Made by a program: the position numbers and the translations under genes. The notes under the pieces are model-generated. The model was not told where the DNA came from. It did no database searches and saw nothing but the letters and a program-made list of their open reading frames with translations. A stretch of 35,394 nt of DNA from contig JBHGBC010000052.1 in the NCBI GenBank assembly GCA_041946805.1, positions 1 through 35,394 of the forward strand, given 5' to 3'. The DNA comes from a bacterium. GTDB lineage: Bacteria > Hinthialibacterota > Hinthialibacteria > Hinthialibacterales > Hinthialibacteraceae. Position 1 is the first letter of the stretch. Every line of letters begins with the position of its first letter. Below, piece by piece: positions 35,335 through 35,394 of this stretch.

Positions 35335-35394
35335 AAACTTAGTCTCATCCGGTAAGTGCGTACTTTTTCTCAGTGGTTTGCCATGCCATCCCAT

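Noticed and set aside
35101..35394. Upstream extension of the last Gfo/Idh/MocA ORF to the window edge
   Set aside because: A strong RBS and a Tat signal define the start at 35100, and the extension crosses a degenerate repeat

Overview
GC-rich bacterial window with about 26 genes. Several Tat-exported Gfo/Idh/MocA oxidoreductases and a sugar-TIM-barrel protein suggest a PVC-like or candidate-phylum carbohydrate degrader (inference only). The left part (1-19.9 kb, mostly minus strand) holds an orphan hicB, a secreted beta-helix enzyme, an AlgI/AlgJ-type O-acylation module with a TolB-like propeller and a small lipoprotein, Gfo/Idh/MocA dehydrogenases, and an uncharacterised DeoR-associated catabolic operon (class-III aminotransferase, DeoR, FGGY kinase, L-fucose/L-arabinose-isomerase-like protein, SSS symporter, then amidohydrolase and dehydrogenase). 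The right part (20.4-33.6 kb, plus strand) is the highlight: one co-directional respiratory cluster encoding a cytoplasmic NAD(P)/FAD/4x[4Fe-4S] flavoprotein, a Rieske protein, a fused cytochrome b, an unknown protein, a membrane-anchored hexaheme cytochrome c, a Tat-exported NarG/PcrA-type molybdoenzyme (alpha, beta, heme-b gamma, chaperone) and a MobB-MobA fusion. This looks like an anammox-type, potentially electron-bifurcating Rieske/cytb complex wired to a periplasmic nitrate-reductase-like enzyme, and it is preceded by a near-perfect IscR/Rrf2-type operator. Intergenic spacers are mosaics of at least four small palindromic or periodic repeat families. No rRNA, tRNA, CRISPR array or transposase was seen.
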